From positions 4,038-68,037 of IMG/VR virus record IMGVR_UViG_3300007960_000002: a stretch of 64,000 nucleotides of DNA; one strand, written 5' to 3'. Positions 37,045 through 48,039 of this stretch are shown piece by piece. Source of the stretch: a virus. The notes under the pieces were generated by a model. It worked only from the letters and a program-made list of their open reading frames with translations. It was not told the origin of the DNA and ran no database searches. The position numbers were made by a program, and so were the translations under genes. The first letter of the stretch is position 1; each line of letters starts with the position of its first letter.

Positions 37045-38862
37045 ATGTCATTTTACACAGATGAGTTAGCTAAAAGTTTAAATCATCAGAATTTCTGGCG
37101 ATTAAACGATACAACTTCCACTGCTACGGATAGTGAAGGTTCACTTAATGGCACATATAATGGTACGTACACTCAGAGCCAAACAGGTGCTATCTACGGG
37201 GATAGTGATAATGCTTGTTATTTTGATGGATCTTCTGGTTATGTTGAAGTTGCAGACCATGCCAATTTAACTTTTGCTGAAACTGATTCTTTTACAATTG
37301 AGTTGTGGGCTAAGAGAAATAGAACTGCAACAGTAGAGTGGATATTTGGTAAGGGTGATGCTTCTTATGTAAGAACAAATTATTCTTTAGACTTTGCAGC
37401 CTCTGATTATCCTATTTTCCATATTTCCCATAGTAATGGTACGTGGGTTGGTGCTGTAGGCAGTAATACTATTACTGACACTAACTACCATCATTATGTC
37501 TGTGTTCACACCGGTAGTGCAACAGGGGGTTCCTTAACTATCTATGTAGATGGTGTAGTTGGATCAACAGCCACTTATACTGGAAGTATTGATGATGCTG
37601 ATGCCCAACCATTTAGGATTGGTGGTAGACGTTCAACTGGGGGTGACTTCTTCCAAGGAACTATTGATGATGTTTCTATATTTAATGATGCTCTTACAGC
37701 TAGTGAAGTAGAAAATCACTACAACGCTGGTAAATATGGATACCTAATTGGCACTGTTTCTGATACTATTTCTTCAGTAGATAGTTTATTAGGGTCTGAA
37801 TCTATTATGGTATTAACTGCTGGTCCTGACAGTGTAGGGATTAGTGATACATTAGTAGATGAAGTTGGTTACTTTCTTGCTGAAACTGTTGGGTTTGTAG
37901 ATACTTCTTCAAGTACATTAGTAGTTGTATCATCTATCCTTGAAGATAATATTGAGCTTTCTGATAGTTTAATTACTGTGTATGAACCTGTATTAACTGA
38001 GGTGTTAGCTCTTACAGATGCTACCCCTGAACGCTACTTAGATATTATTCTTTCACTTTCAGATAAGATTGGTATTGCTCCTTCTGCTGAAGCTTTTTAT
38101 TCTTACGTTAAAGCTGTTAGTGTAATTATCTCTATTGCAGATACAATGCTTAGGGGTTTTGATGACACTATTACAGAAACTCTTGCAATTGCTGAATCTG
38201 TCCAAAGTGTTTTAGAGGCTTTATTAAGTGATACTATTGGAATATCAGATAGTGGAACAAATCATTTAGTTTTTTATGCTACTAATTCAGAAACTGTAGA
38301 TATCTCTGAATCTAATGATCCTTCACAAGTATTGTTAGGACTGTTAGAAGATGGAATATCTTTTGTTGGTAGTTTAAATATACAAGATGTTACATATCTC
38401 TCTGTAGTTACTAATATTGCTAATAGAGGTGTTTCTGAATATAATAATTTTCCATTTGATTCTTATGGTGAGTTTAGAAATAGTTATTTAGCTTCTGCTT
38501 CAGATGGTATTTATTTATTAGAAGGAGATGATGATGAAGGAAGTAATATCCAAGCTCAAGTAGAAACTGGGATGATGGATTTTAATACTACTAACTATAA
38601 AACTATCCCTGAATGTTATCTTGGATATACAAGTGATGGTGATTTAGTATTAAAAGTATATACAAATGAACAAGGAAATAAAAAAGAAGTTTGGTACTCT
38701 TTAACCAGGACTAAAGACACTGCTGATACTGATAGATTTGTGTTGTCTAGGGGTGTAAAGGGAAGATGGTTTCAATTTGAATTAGTTAACCGAGATGGTG
38801 GAGACTTTGAAATGGAAAGTATTGAATTTTTTCCAGTGGTGCTCAGTAGGAGAATCTACTAA
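37045..38862 (+). CDS. Tail protein with N-terminal LamG/ConA-like domain
   Basis: FTIELW, YHHYV, IYVDG, FQGTIDDV..L..EV..HY. Confidence 0.75.
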   Translation: MSFYTDELAKSLNHQNFWRLNDTTSTATDSEGSLNGTYNGTYTQSQTGAIYGDSDNACYFDGSSGYVEVADHANLTFAETDSFTIELWAKRNRTATVEWIFGKGDASYVRTNYSLDFAASDYPIFHISHSNGTWVGAVGSNTITDTNYHHYVCVHTGSATGGSLTIYVDGVVGSTATYTGSIDDADAQPFRIGGRRSTGGDFFQGTIDDVSIFNDALTASEVENHYNAGKYGYLIGTVSDTISSVDSLLGSESIMVLTAGPDSVGISDTLVDEVGYFLAETVGFVDTSSSTLVVVSSILEDNIELSDSLITVYEPVLTEVLALTDATPERYLDIILSLSDKIGIAPSAEAFYSYVKAVSVIISIADTMLRGFDDTITETLAIAESVQSVLEALLSDTIGISDSGTNHLVFYATNSETVDISESNDPSQVLLGLLEDGISFVGSLNIQDVTYLSVVTNIANRGVSEYNNFPFDSYGEFRNSYLASASDGIYLLEGDDDEGSNIQAQVETGMMDFNTTNYKTIPECYLGYTSDGDLVLKVYTNEQGNKKEVWYSLTRTKDTADTDRFVLSRGVKGRWFQFELVNRDGGDFEMESIEFFPVVLSRRIY

Positions 38863-40724
38863 TGTCTTGTAATGTACTTACACCCTCTACTGCTGTTGAA
38901 TTAGTAGAAGAGAAAATCAATCAATGGAATAATTATGCTAATCAAGCATTTTCAAATTCCTATACTCTCACTGAAGATCTCTCTGATTTAGAAATTGTAT
39001 TTAATGAAACTTCAGTAAATTTCTCTGTTGATGGTAATCTTGGCTCTCCTTTCTCATACCAAGAGGCTCCAGATCTTCCAGATATTGATGCTAATTTTTC
39101 TCAATTCTTAGAGCCTGTTCTTGGTATTCTTCCTGAAATTGGAGCACCTAATTTTAGAAACATCCCTGACTTTGAAGGAGAACTTCCTTCCCTCCATTTT
39201 CCAGCTAAACCAGTACTCACTTCTCCTACAGCTCCTGGTGATGCCCCCACTATTGATGATGTAACTGTTCCAGATGCTCCTGATGTTGATAGTTTAATTC
39301 CATCAGTCCCATCACTAACTGATATTGATCTTCCTACTGCCCCTACTCTAGATCTTCCTACATTTTCAGCAACTGCTCCCACCAATGTACCCCAAGCTCC
39401 TAGTGACACCTTTTCCTTTACAGAAGAGAGTTATTCTACTGATTTATTAACTGATGTCACAGCAAATATTAGAACTTGGTTAGAAGGTGGTACTGGTTTA
39501 CCAACTAGAATTTGGAATGCTATTTGGGATAGAGCTAGATCGCAAGAGAGCAAGAGTGCTAAAAGATCTATAGAAGAGGCTGAGAATAGATTTTCTAGTA
39601 GAGGTTATTCCTATCCTCCTGGTGCATATAATAAAGTTATGCAGGAGATTAACCAAGAAATTAAAAATAAAGAATCTGAATTAGCGAGAGAGATTGCTAT
39701 TAAGGCTGCAGAAATGGAGCAAACCAATCTTCATTTTGCTATTCAACAGGGTATTGCTCTTGAGAATGTACTTATTACTCTTTTCAATGAAAGAATGCAA
39801 AGAGCTTTTGAGACAGCTAGATATGCATTTCAATCTACAGTAGAAGTATTTAATGCTAAAATCACTTTATATAATGCTCAATATCAAGCTTTTAAAGTGG
39901 AAGCAGATGTATATAGAACACGCATTGAAGCTGAGTTATCTAGACTAGAAACATTTAAAGCTGAAATTGATGCTCAAAGGTTAGTAAGCGAAGTTAATAA
40001 CCAAGTTATAAATCTTTATAACTCTCAATTACAATCTGTCCTTACTCATATTGAAATATATAAAGGGCAATTAGCTGGTGTGCAGGCACAAGTAGAAGTA
40101 GATAAAACTAGAATGGATGCTTTCACTGCTAGGGTTAGAGCTTATGCAGAAGAACATAATGCCAATGCTATTGAAGTACAGGCTTATGCTGAACAGATTA
40201 AAGCTGAGATTACAAAGGCGGATTTATATAGACTTGAAGTGGATGCATATTCTGCTGAGATTAAGGCTTATCAAGCTGAAACTGACTTGGAGGCGAAGCG
40301 TAAGGAAATTGAGATTGCTTGGCAAAATCAAGAGCTAGAGAGATATGTTGCTTCTATTGATAAATATAAAGCTCAAATTTCTACAGAAATTGATAGAATT
40401 AGAGCTGGTGCTTTAGTGTACGATGCTAGGTCTAAGATTTATGCTACAGAGATTGGTCAGGAAGAAGCTAGAACTCGTAGTGATGAAGCAAGATATAATA
40501 TGGCTATTCAAGAAGGAAGGGCAGAAGCAGAATTAAATCTACAATCAGCTCAGATTAATATTGAGAACCTTCTACGTACTACTACACTAGAATTAGACAG
40601 ATTAAAAACAATTGCTAATGTACAAGGTAGTCTTGCATCATCGGCTCTATCTGCGGTTAGTGTTGGTGCTTCTCTATCTTCCCAAGATCAAACATCACAC
40701 GACTTTAACTTTAGTTGTGCTTAA
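38862..40724 (+). CDS. Virion coiled-coil protein (tail or ejection)
   Basis: Pro-rich N-terminal half and long heptad C-terminal half. Confidence 0.6.
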   Translation: MSCNVLTPSTAVELVEEKINQWNNYANQAFSNSYTLTEDLSDLEIVFNETSVNFSVDGNLGSPFSYQEAPDLPDIDANFSQFLEPVLGILPEIGAPNFRNIPDFEGELPSLHFPAKPVLTSPTAPGDAPTIDDVTVPDAPDVDSLIPSVPSLTDIDLPTAPTLDLPTFSATAPTNVPQAPSDTFSFTEESYSTDLLTDVTANIRTWLEGGTGLPTRIWNAIWDRARSQESKSAKRSIEEAENRFSSRGYSYPPGAYNKVMQEINQEIKNKESELAREIAIKAAEMEQTNLHFAIQQGIALENVLITLFNERMQRAFETARYAFQSTVEVFNAKITLYNAQYQAFKVEADVYRTRIEAELSRLETFKAEIDAQRLVSEVNNQVINLYNSQLQSVLTHIEIYKGQLAGVQAQVEVDKTRMDAFTARVRAYAEEHNANAIEVQAYAEQIKAEITKADLYRLEVDAYSAEIKAYQAETDLEAKRKEIEIAWQNQELERYVASIDKYKAQISTEIDRIRAGALVYDARSKIYATEIGQEEARTRSDEARYNMAIQEGRAEAELNLQSAQINIENLLRTTTLELDRLKTIANVQGSLASSALSAVSVGASLSSQDQTSHDFNFSCA

Positions 40725-40736
40725 TAGGATAGGATA

Positions 40737-42227
40737 ATGTCTGACGAAAAGAAAAGATTAGGTAAAGGTCCTTATAGGAAACCTTTAGTAGAAGGTGTTA
40801 TTGATGGAATATCTGATCTAGTTGAAAATCCACCTATACCTCCTTCATTACCTATCAGGAGAGGAGATGTAGATCCATATCTCTTACATATAAAGTTAGG
40901 TGATGCAATCGGTCCTGCTGTTGATCAAGCCGGTGCTAGCTTAAAAAGAGATTTTGTTGATCCAGTAAATAGAAAAATATCTAATTTAGCTAGTGGACTT
41001 GATTATGGAGAAGATCCTGTTGATTATACTCCAACAGGTTCTGGAACTGAAGCTTTAACAGGGTTAGCTACAGGAGCAGTTAAGTTTTTACAAGGAGCTG
41101 GGGAAAACTTAATTAGATCTAAAATGGCAGCTAGTGAAGCTTTGAGTGGACTTTCTATCCTCAATCCAACTACTGATATTACTTCTCCTGTATCAGTAGG
41201 GAATAATCAACGTAATCAAGGAGGCGTAAACACCAAAGGTCAAGATACTACTGGATCTGCTGTACAATCTGGAACAGGAGCTAAAGATTCAGGTCTATTA
41301 ACTACCGAAGATATTAAGAAAGGGCTTGCTGCTCAAGGTAAACCAGTCCCTGGTATTCCTCCTTCAGAGCCTATTGAAAATGTAGCTGCTAGGGATGAGG
41401 GACTAAGTGCATATTTAGATTATCGTAGATCTCAATCTCCAGGTGATTTAAATAGGCAAGGTGCATTCACTCTTAGTGGAGATAGGATTGTCCCTACAAG
41501 AAGAAATGCTAGGGAATTAGAGGGTAGAACAGGTGTATCTTTTGCCCCTACTACTAGTGAACAAGAATTCTTAAACGAGTTTAGAGCTAAACAGGCCGAT
41601 AAGATAGCTAGAACTAGAGCAGCAGAAGCCGTAACATTACGTAAATATGAAGCTAATAGACAAATCGAAGCTGCTAGAAAAAGATTAGCATCAGATAGAT
41701 TTTTTGGTAGACCAGAGGCTGAAGAAGATAAAGCTATTATTGAAGGACAGTTACGGGTGTTAGCTGGAGAACCAGAAATTGAAACTGCTAGACTTGGGGC
41801 TGAAGCAGAAAAGGCTAGAGTTGCACAAGCTAGTGCTGCTGCAGGAGCTACATTAGCAAGACAGGTAGCTAAGGATATAGCTGAACAACAGCAAACTAGA
41901 AGAGAATTTGGGTTGGATATGGCTAAGGAAGAAAGGCAGAGAAGGAAAGCTTTTGGGGAACTTGGTATTAAAGAATTTGAAGCTGCTGCAAAAGAAAAGG
42001 ATATTGCTAGTCAAATAGCTAGAAGAAAAGCACAAACTGAAATTGATCGTTCTAGGTTTCAATTAGCTACAGAACAAGAAAAAAGAGCTATTATTAAAGA
42101 TGTAGTAGCCAGCTTAGATGTTACGAAGCAAACTCCAACAGAGATGAAGAGGTATTTACTACAACGTATTCCTGGAGCTACTGATGAATGGATTGAAAAT
42201 GTAATTGCAAATAAGGTTGGTAAATAA
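40737..42227 (+). CDS. Putative DNA ejection protein
   Basis: Ala/Arg/Glu-rich helical protein at the ejection-gene position. Confidence 0.55.
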   Translation: MSDEKKRLGKGPYRKPLVEGVIDGISDLVENPPIPPSLPIRRGDVDPYLLHIKLGDAIGPAVDQAGASLKRDFVDPVNRKISNLASGLDYGEDPVDYTPTGSGTEALTGLATGAVKFLQGAGENLIRSKMAASEALSGLSILNPTTDITSPVSVGNNQRNQGGVNTKGQDTTGSAVQSGTGAKDSGLLTTEDIKKGLAAQGKPVPGIPPSEPIENVAARDEGLSAYLDYRRSQSPGDLNRQGAFTLSGDRIVPTRRNARELEGRTGVSFAPTTSEQEFLNEFRAKQADKIARTRAAEAVTLRKYEANRQIEAARKRLASDRFFGRPEAEEDKAIIEGQLRVLAGEPEIETARLGAEAEKARVAQASAAAGATLARQVAKDIAEQQQTRREFGLDMAKEERQRRKAFGELGIKEFEAAAKEKDIASQIARRKAQTEIDRSRFQLATEQEKRAIIKDVVASLDVTKQTPTEMKRYLLQRIPGATDEWIENVIANKVGK

Positions 42228-42229
42228 CT

Positions 42230-45200
42230 ATGCCTCTTGGTAAGCCAATTGAAGACGATAAAGATCCTACTGTAGCTACTGGCTTTAGTGGATATGTTTC
42301 ACAAGTAGGTAAAGGTTTTGGTAAAGGATTAGCTGGATTACCCAAATCACTAGGTGTTCTTCAAGAAGCTATTACTGATACACCTGCTGAAGAAACAGGC
42401 GCTTATCAATTAGGAGAAGATATTGAAGAATTTTTTACTCCTGGTAAAGTTGATCCTAAAATTGAAGAATCTTTTTCGGGAAAAACTGCAGAAGCTTTAG
42501 GTCAAATTGGTGCTTTCTTTGCTGGTGGTTTTGCTGGGGGAGTAGTAAAAGGTGGTGCAATTACTGCTACTACTGCTATGGGTGCTGGTTTAGGTGCCAG
42601 TAGTCAGTATGAAGAAGCTGGTGCTTTTGGAGCTAGCCCTGAAGATAGATTAGCTGCTGCTGGGCAGGGAGCTTTACTTGGATTAACTGAAGCTATGCCA
42701 ATTACTAGAGCATTGGGTAGAGTGTTAGGTCCAAATAAAGTTAGTAGTTTTAGGGATGCTGTCGTTGGAGCTGCAAAACAAGGTGGTGAAGAAGCTTTAC
42801 AAGAAGGTTTTCAATCTATTGGTGAAAACTTTATAGCTAAGACATCAGTAGGATATGACCCTGAAAGAGCATTAATGGATAGTGTAGGTGAAGCTGCAGG
42901 GGTTGGTGGTAGTGCTGGTTTTGTAGCTGGTTTATTATTAAATAGTATGGGTTATAAGATGAGAGGGGCTACAGAAGATCCCCTTAAAGCTGATGTTATT
43001 ATATCAGAGGATGGATATGAAATCGACCCATTATCTAATTATGGTAAAGCTGCTTTATTAGCTAAACAATCTAAACAAAAAGTAGCAGAATTACAAGACT
43101 ATAGTAATATTACTAATCTCACTAGATCTCGTATTGAGGGAGAAAAGGTATTATATAATAATAAGGATATTGCTGAAGCTCAGGTTGGTTATGTTAAAGG
43201 AGATGATAAACAACGAGAAGCTATTCAAGATTATTTAGTTAAGAAATATATTATGGTTGATAACCCTAAACCTACTGATGTTCAAGAGGTGGAGGATATG
43301 TTTGACCATTTTGGTCTAAATAAGAAGGATATTGAAAATGTTGAAACTAAATTAGAAAAAGAGAAAGTAGCTGAGAAAGAAGAAAAGCCTGGGGCAAAGA
43401 AAGAACCAACAGTTGCTGAAAAGGAGCCAACAGTAAAGGAAGAGATCCCTGCAGTAGACCCAACTGATCTAGAAAAAGTTACAAGCTTTAAGGCTATCTT
43501 CCCTACAGAGAAAGAAGCCAAGGACACTGCTAAAAAATTAGGAGCTGATGTAGTTGAGCAAGATGGTCAGTGGATTGTTACTAAAGAGGAGCCACAACCC
43601 CAGGAAATAGTAGAAAAACCTACAGTTGTGGAAGAACCAAAGCCTTTTACACCTACCCATACTACTTCCGATGGAGAGCCAGTAGAAGCTACAGAAACTG
43701 AAGGTTTTTTCCTTGACCAAGATGGAGTAATGGTTGAAGATCCTGCTGCTGAACCTATTACTCCTAGATCAGTAGACAGTATGAAGGGTGGTATTCTTGA
43801 TACTACTGTTCCAGATCCAATCACAGGAGATGAATATACTCTTACAAGTTTTGAAACTGATGAAGCTCGATATCATACTTTTGGTAAAGTAAAGATTCCA
43901 AAGAAGGAATCCCCTGAATCTATAGAAAGAAAAGTTCCTCAAATCTTTAATTTTTTAAAACAGAACCCTTTATTAGATAATATTGCTTTTTCTTTCTACA
44001 GAAAAGACACCGTTCAAGATAAAATCCCCTCACACTTAAGGAGACATATTGAGCAGAATAACCCTAATGCTTTTATTTATGGTAAAGATACTGCTAATCC
44101 AGAGGTATATATCAATTTAGATAAGTTTAATAATATTCAACAGGTGAAGGGTGCTCTCATCCACGAATTAACTGGTCATTATGGATTAAATAAGACCCTA
44201 GGTCCACAAGTTACTAGAGTATTGGATTCTGCTTTAAATAATCCTAATATTGTAAATGAAATGGATAAACGGATATCTGCTGTAAATTATCCTAAAAGGG
44301 AATGGGAAGCTGATAATGATTACCAACGAAGAAGAATGGAAGAATATGTTTCTGAGCTAGCTAGAGAAAAGTTTCTTGGTGGTGATCTTACTAAATCTGA
44401 TAATGCTTTATTAAATAGGATTGTTAATAAAATTCGTCATATATTAATGAAACTTGGTGTTAGTAAAGAAATGCTAACAGAAAAGGATTTATTAGATATT
44501 GTACAAAACTCTTATAACTATACAATTGGCAGAGAAGGCTATTCTGTAAAAGATGCTAAACCTGTTGGTGAGCAAGTAGACTTTATTAAAGAGCCTGAAA
44601 TAAAGGGTGATTATATTTCTGATATGCAAGATGGAGTAAAGAAAGCTAATCAAGCTGCTGGGTTTAAAGATAGTAGAAAAGACACTACTGCTATCAGAGA
44701 GTCTAATAATACACATATAGAAGCTTGGAGAGATAAGATTAACCGTGTCTTTGATATCATCCATAAAGACAAGAGGCTTAAGTGGCTTACTCATTTCACT
44801 ACTGTTCGTGGTCAGAAACTATATGAAAAATCTGAACTACCAAGGCGTGGGGATATCCAGAGATATCAAGATCAAGCTAGAGAATTTTTTAATTTATTTA
44901 AGAAATTAAAACTAACTGCCAGTGAACAACAAATATTCAAGGATTATTTTTTAGATCCTACTGATAATATGGATGATTTAAACAATTATCATACACATGC
45001 TAAAAATAAAATTAGAGCTAAGAAAGCAATTGATGCTACCATAAAAGCTAAACAAAGTATTAAAGATTTGGGTCAAAAATTAGTTGATTTAGGTTTAATG
45101 GAAGAAAGTGTCTACCAAAAAAATAAAGGAGCTTATCTTCCTACATTATATTTAGATTTTGTAATTAATCAAGATTTATATAAAGGTGGTGCTAAACGCC

Positions 45201-47248
45201 CATCTTTTATGAACTATCTAAAGAAACAACATAATGTTACTGAATTAGCTAGAGAATTAAAAGGCGAAGTAATTGACCCTGCTTTAATTGTACCTGATAC
45301 ACTAGGAACAATTGGACGTGACGTAGCTCTAACCGAATGGTATCATAACTTAAAATCCTTAAATGATCAACACAAAGGGCTTGGTTGGTTCCTTCATCCT
45401 GAAAGTATTGAGTTTAAAGGGAAAGAGTTTAATTTCCAAACCATTGAAGCAAGAATGGATGAAATTAAACTAAACCTTTCAGTAGGAAATATATCCGACC
45501 AAGCTAGACAAATTCTAGAAGATGATCTAAAAACCCTTACTGTTCTTCGAGATAATCTAGAAAACTCCCTTATTAGGAATATTATGGATGAAATGGAAAA
45601 GACAGGGGTTGAAAGTGGAAGAGAGATTACACCAGAGCTTGTAAGATCTACTATGAAGGAGAAGTATGTAAAAACTAGTCATAAAGATACTTGGTTAGGT
45701 CCATTAGCCGGATCATGGATGCATAAAGAAATCTATGATGATATTATTGATAGTGCAAAAGAAATTAGTTTAACTAATCAAGATGCTATTACTAAGTTAG
45801 TTGCTCCTGGTGGAACCCTTGAAAAATTAACTCAATTTTGGAAGACTGGTAAGGTTGGTTTAAATCCAGGAAGTTGGGTTAGAAATACTGCTGGTAATGG
45901 AATGCTTTTAGATTTTTCTACCTCTACTAATTTTGTTACTCTTTCTAAAATGATTGGAGAAGAGATTACAAATATTATGAGTGGTAAAAACACTAAATGG
46001 GTTGATTATGCTAAAAAGCATGGATTATTTTCTACTACGTTTTCTGCGTCTGAAATGTACAATATGGAACAAGATTTTAAAATCAGATTTAAACAGGAAT
46101 TAAAAAGAAAAGAAAAGCCTCATTCCCCTATTCGTGGTCTTTGGTGGGCACAGGATAAACTATTATGGTTAGCTGAAAAATCAGCCCATGGGCATGGACT
46201 TCTTGAAGGATTATTTAAAACTGTCTCTATGAGAGATTATGTGCAGCGGTGGGAAAAACAAAATAATACTAAATTAGAACGGCTTAGTAATGAAGATAAA
46301 GACTCTCTGTTATTAAACGCTGCTAGACATGCTAATGAGTCTATATTTGATTATTCTAAGGTTCCTGAGTGGTTACGTGTATTACGTAGAACCCCTATGG
46401 GATCTCCATTCTTCACCTTTATTTATAAATCATTTCCTGCTTTAGCTAAAGGGACATTAAAGTATCCTCACAAGATGCTTAAATACTATATGGCCCCTTA
46501 TCTCATTGCTCAAGCAATCCTCTCTATGTCGGATTTTGATGAAGAAGAGTATGAAGAAGCATTAAAAACTCTACCACAACATCAGGCAGATAAATCCTCC
46601 TTCTTTGTTATGCCTATTAAATCTGATGATGGTAAATTAATCACATTTGATGCTTCATATCTATTCCCGTGGGCACCTTTTGCTGATATGGCATTAAAAA
46701 TGAAAAGAGGAATTGCTGAAGGTAAAATTGATGAAGTAGCTGCTGATATACTTATGAGAGATTTAGGTGTATTAGGTGGACCTATTCCATCAATTATGAG
46801 CTGGTTATTGGTTAATAAAGACCCCTTTACACAAAAAGAAATTGTACAAGAAGGCGCTCCAGCTTCTGATAGATTTATGCAAAGGTTAGCTTATAATTGG
46901 ACCCTAGCTATGCCTCCATTCTTAGGAAGTCATGGTATTGTGAAAAATATGTATGATCAGATTCAAGGAGAAACATTAAATAAATACGGAACTAATGATA
47001 AGACCTGGGTACAGGATGTATTCTCTGGTTTTGGTCTTACTATGGGACAATTTGATCCACAAGAAAATAAAATAAATATTTTAAAAAGATTTAAATATGA
47101 AGAAAGTAAACTACGTCAGTATTATAAGAAAAAGATAAATGATCATAATACTTCTAATTTAGAAAGGGTTGAATTAGCAAAGGAAATGCATCAAAGGTTA
47201 AAAGTTTTAAGTGAAAAAAGAACAAAAACATTAACAGAAGGGTTTTAA
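42230..47248 (+). CDS. Large ejection/polyvalent protein with a zincin-like motif
   Basis: Gly/Ala-rich N-terminus; HELTGHYG...EEYVSELA metallopeptidase-like motif; LNPGSWVRN. Confidence 0.7.
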   Translation: MPLGKPIEDDKDPTVATGFSGYVSQVGKGFGKGLAGLPKSLGVLQEAITDTPAEETGAYQLGEDIEEFFTPGKVDPKIEESFSGKTAEALGQIGAFFAGGFAGGVVKGGAITATTAMGAGLGASSQYEEAGAFGASPEDRLAAAGQGALLGLTEAMPITRALGRVLGPNKVSSFRDAVVGAAKQGGEEALQEGFQSIGENFIAKTSVGYDPERALMDSVGEAAGVGGSAGFVAGLLLNSMGYKMRGATEDPLKADVIISEDGYEIDPLSNYGKAALLAKQSKQKVAELQDYSNITNLTRSRIEGEKVLYNNKDIAEAQVGYVKGDDKQREAIQDYLVKKYIMVDNPKPTDVQEVEDMFDHFGLNKKDIENVETKLEKEKVAEKEEKPGAKKEPTVAEKEPTVKEEIPAVDPTDLEKVTSFKAIFPTEKEAKDTAKKLGADVVEQDGQWIVTKEEPQPQEIVEKPTVVEEPKPFTPTHTTSDGEPVEATETEGFFLDQDGVMVEDPAAEPITPRSVDSMKGGILDTTVPDPITGDEYTLTSFETDEARYHTFGKVKIPKKESPESIERKVPQIFNFLKQNPLLDNIAFSFYRKDTVQDKIPSHLRRHIEQNNPNAFIYGKDTANPEVYINLDKFNNIQQVKGALIHELTGHYGLNKTLGPQVTRVLDSALNNPNIVNEMDKRISAVNYPKREWEADNDYQRRRMEEYVSELAREKFLGGDLTKSDNALLNRIVNKIRHILMKLGVSKEMLTEKDLLDIVQNSYNYTIGREGYSVKDAKPVGEQVDFIKEPEIKGDYISDMQDGVKKANQAAGFKDSRKDTTAIRESNNTHIEAWRDKINRVFDIIHKDKRLKWLTHFTTVRGQKLYEKSELPRRGDIQRYQDQAREFFNLFKKLKLTASEQQIFKDYFLDPTDNMDDLNNYHTHAKNKIRAKKAIDATIKAKQSIKDLGQKLVDLGLMEESVYQKNKGAYLPTLYLDFVINQDLYKGGAKRPSFMNYLKKQHNVTELARELKGEVIDPALIVPDTLGTIGRDVALTEWYHNLKSLNDQHKGLGWFLHPESIEFKGKEFNFQTIEARMDEIKLNLSVGNISDQARQILEDDLKTLTVLRDNLENSLIRNIMDEMEKTGVESGREITPELVRSTMKEKYVKTSHKDTWLGPLAGSWMHKEIYDDIIDSAKEISLTNQDAITKLVAPGGTLEKLTQFWKTGKVGLNPGSWVRNTAGNGMLLDFSTSTNFVTLSKMIGEEITNIMSGKNTKWVDYAKKHGLFSTTFSASEMYNMEQDFKIRFKQELKRKEKPHSPIRGLWWAQDKLLWLAEKSAHGHGLLEGLFKTVSMRDYVQRWEKQNNTKLERLSNEDKDSLLLNAARHANESIFDYSKVPEWLRVLRRTPMGSPFFTFIYKSFPALAKGTLKYPHKMLKYYMAPYLIAQAILSMSDFDEEEYEEALKTLPQHQADKSSFFVMPIKSDDGKLITFDASYLFPWAPFADMALKMKRGIAEGKIDEVAADILMRDLGVLGGPIPSIMSWLLVNKDPFTQKEIVQEGAPASDRFMQRLAYNWTLAMPPFLGSHGIVKNMYDQIQGETLNKYGTNDKTWVQDVFSGFGLTMGQFDPQENKINILKRFKYEESKLRQYYKKKINDHNTSNLERVELAKEMHQRLKVLSEKRTKTLTEGF

Positions 47249-47251
47249 AAG

Positions 47252-47572
47252 ATGAGTGATCCAATACTGAATGGAAATGTGACCGTAGGTCTACTAGCTA
47301 AATCATTTGCTATTGGCATAGCAATATTAATGGTGGGGTGGTTATCCTTTATTTCATTATTCTTATTCAAAGTGGGGGATAACTTATCTACTGTTACTGG
47401 TGAATTATCAGTGTTAATAAATGATGTTGCTTGGATTAAGAATCAAGCTACAATGGGAGGGAGATTTACAGCACAAGATGGAAAAAGGCATGAAACATTA
47501 ATTAAAGAAAGTCGTAAATTATCGGAAAGTAATAAAGAAAGGATTATTATATTAGAATCAAAAGTTAAATAA
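47252..47572 (+). CDS. Membrane protein (holin/spanin-like candidate)
   Basis: Single transmembrane segment followed by a coiled coil; last rightward gene. Confidence 0.45.
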   Translation: MSDPILNGNVTVGLLAKSFAIGIAILMVGWLSFISLFLFKVGDNLSTVTGELSVLINDVAWIKNQATMGGRFTAQDGKRHETLIKESRKLSESNKERIIILESKVK

Positions 47573-47586
47573 GCACGTCCTTGTGC
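47573..47586 (-). terminator. Hairpin at the convergence of the two arms
   Basis: GCAC-AAGGAC-GTGC followed by TTATTT on the minus strand. Confidence 0.55.
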
Positions 47587-47596
47587 CTGTCTGAAG

Positions 47597-47773
47597 TTAA
47601 CCTACTTCAACCTCATCTACAACTGTCTCTACATCAGTCCATTCACCACTTGAAGGATCAAGGTATTGTAGGACAGCATCTTCTGTATACCATTCACGAT
47701 AATAAGATACACCAAATAAATCTTCTTTAGTTTTAGCACGATGTTTCTTACGTCGAATCAGATTTCTTACCAT
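47597..47773 (-). CDS. Small hypothetical protein (MVRNLIRRKK...)
   Basis: 58-aa ORF found manually; fills the gap in the operon. Confidence 0.5.
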   Translation of the reverse strand: MVRNLIRRKKHRAKTKEDLFGVSYYREWYTEDAVLQYLDPSSGEWTDVETVVDEVEVG

Positions 47774-48039
47774 TTGTCATTTCCTCTTAGAGCGTTAAGT
47801 TGTTCATCAATCCATCCATCATACAAACCTTCTTCAAATTCTTTATCTAAATCTTCAAACCAACCTACAACTTGTGGTGGTGTATCCTGTCCAGTTTCTG
47901 GGTCATATTGAAAAGCAATAATAGCACCATCCCTACGAACACACACTACCATACTAGGTGTTACATCCAATCTAGCTACAATTTGATGACCTAATATATC
48001 TAGACTTTTCATATTTTTAAGCTGTGTATGGTCTTTCAT
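47767..48039 (-). CDS. Hypothetical protein
   Basis: Coupled ORF. Confidence 0.55.
   Translation of the reverse strand: MKDHTQLKNMKSLDILGHQIVARLDVTPSMVVCVRRDGAIIAFQYDPETGQDTPPQVVGWFEDLDKEFEEGLYDGWIDEQLNALRGNDKW

Noticed and set aside
21723-47248. Assignment to N4-like phages (Schitoviridae)
   Set aside because: The capsid is N4-gp56-like, but no virion RNA polymerase or RNAP II genes appear in the window, and the largest ejection protein shows no RNAP motifs I can recognise.
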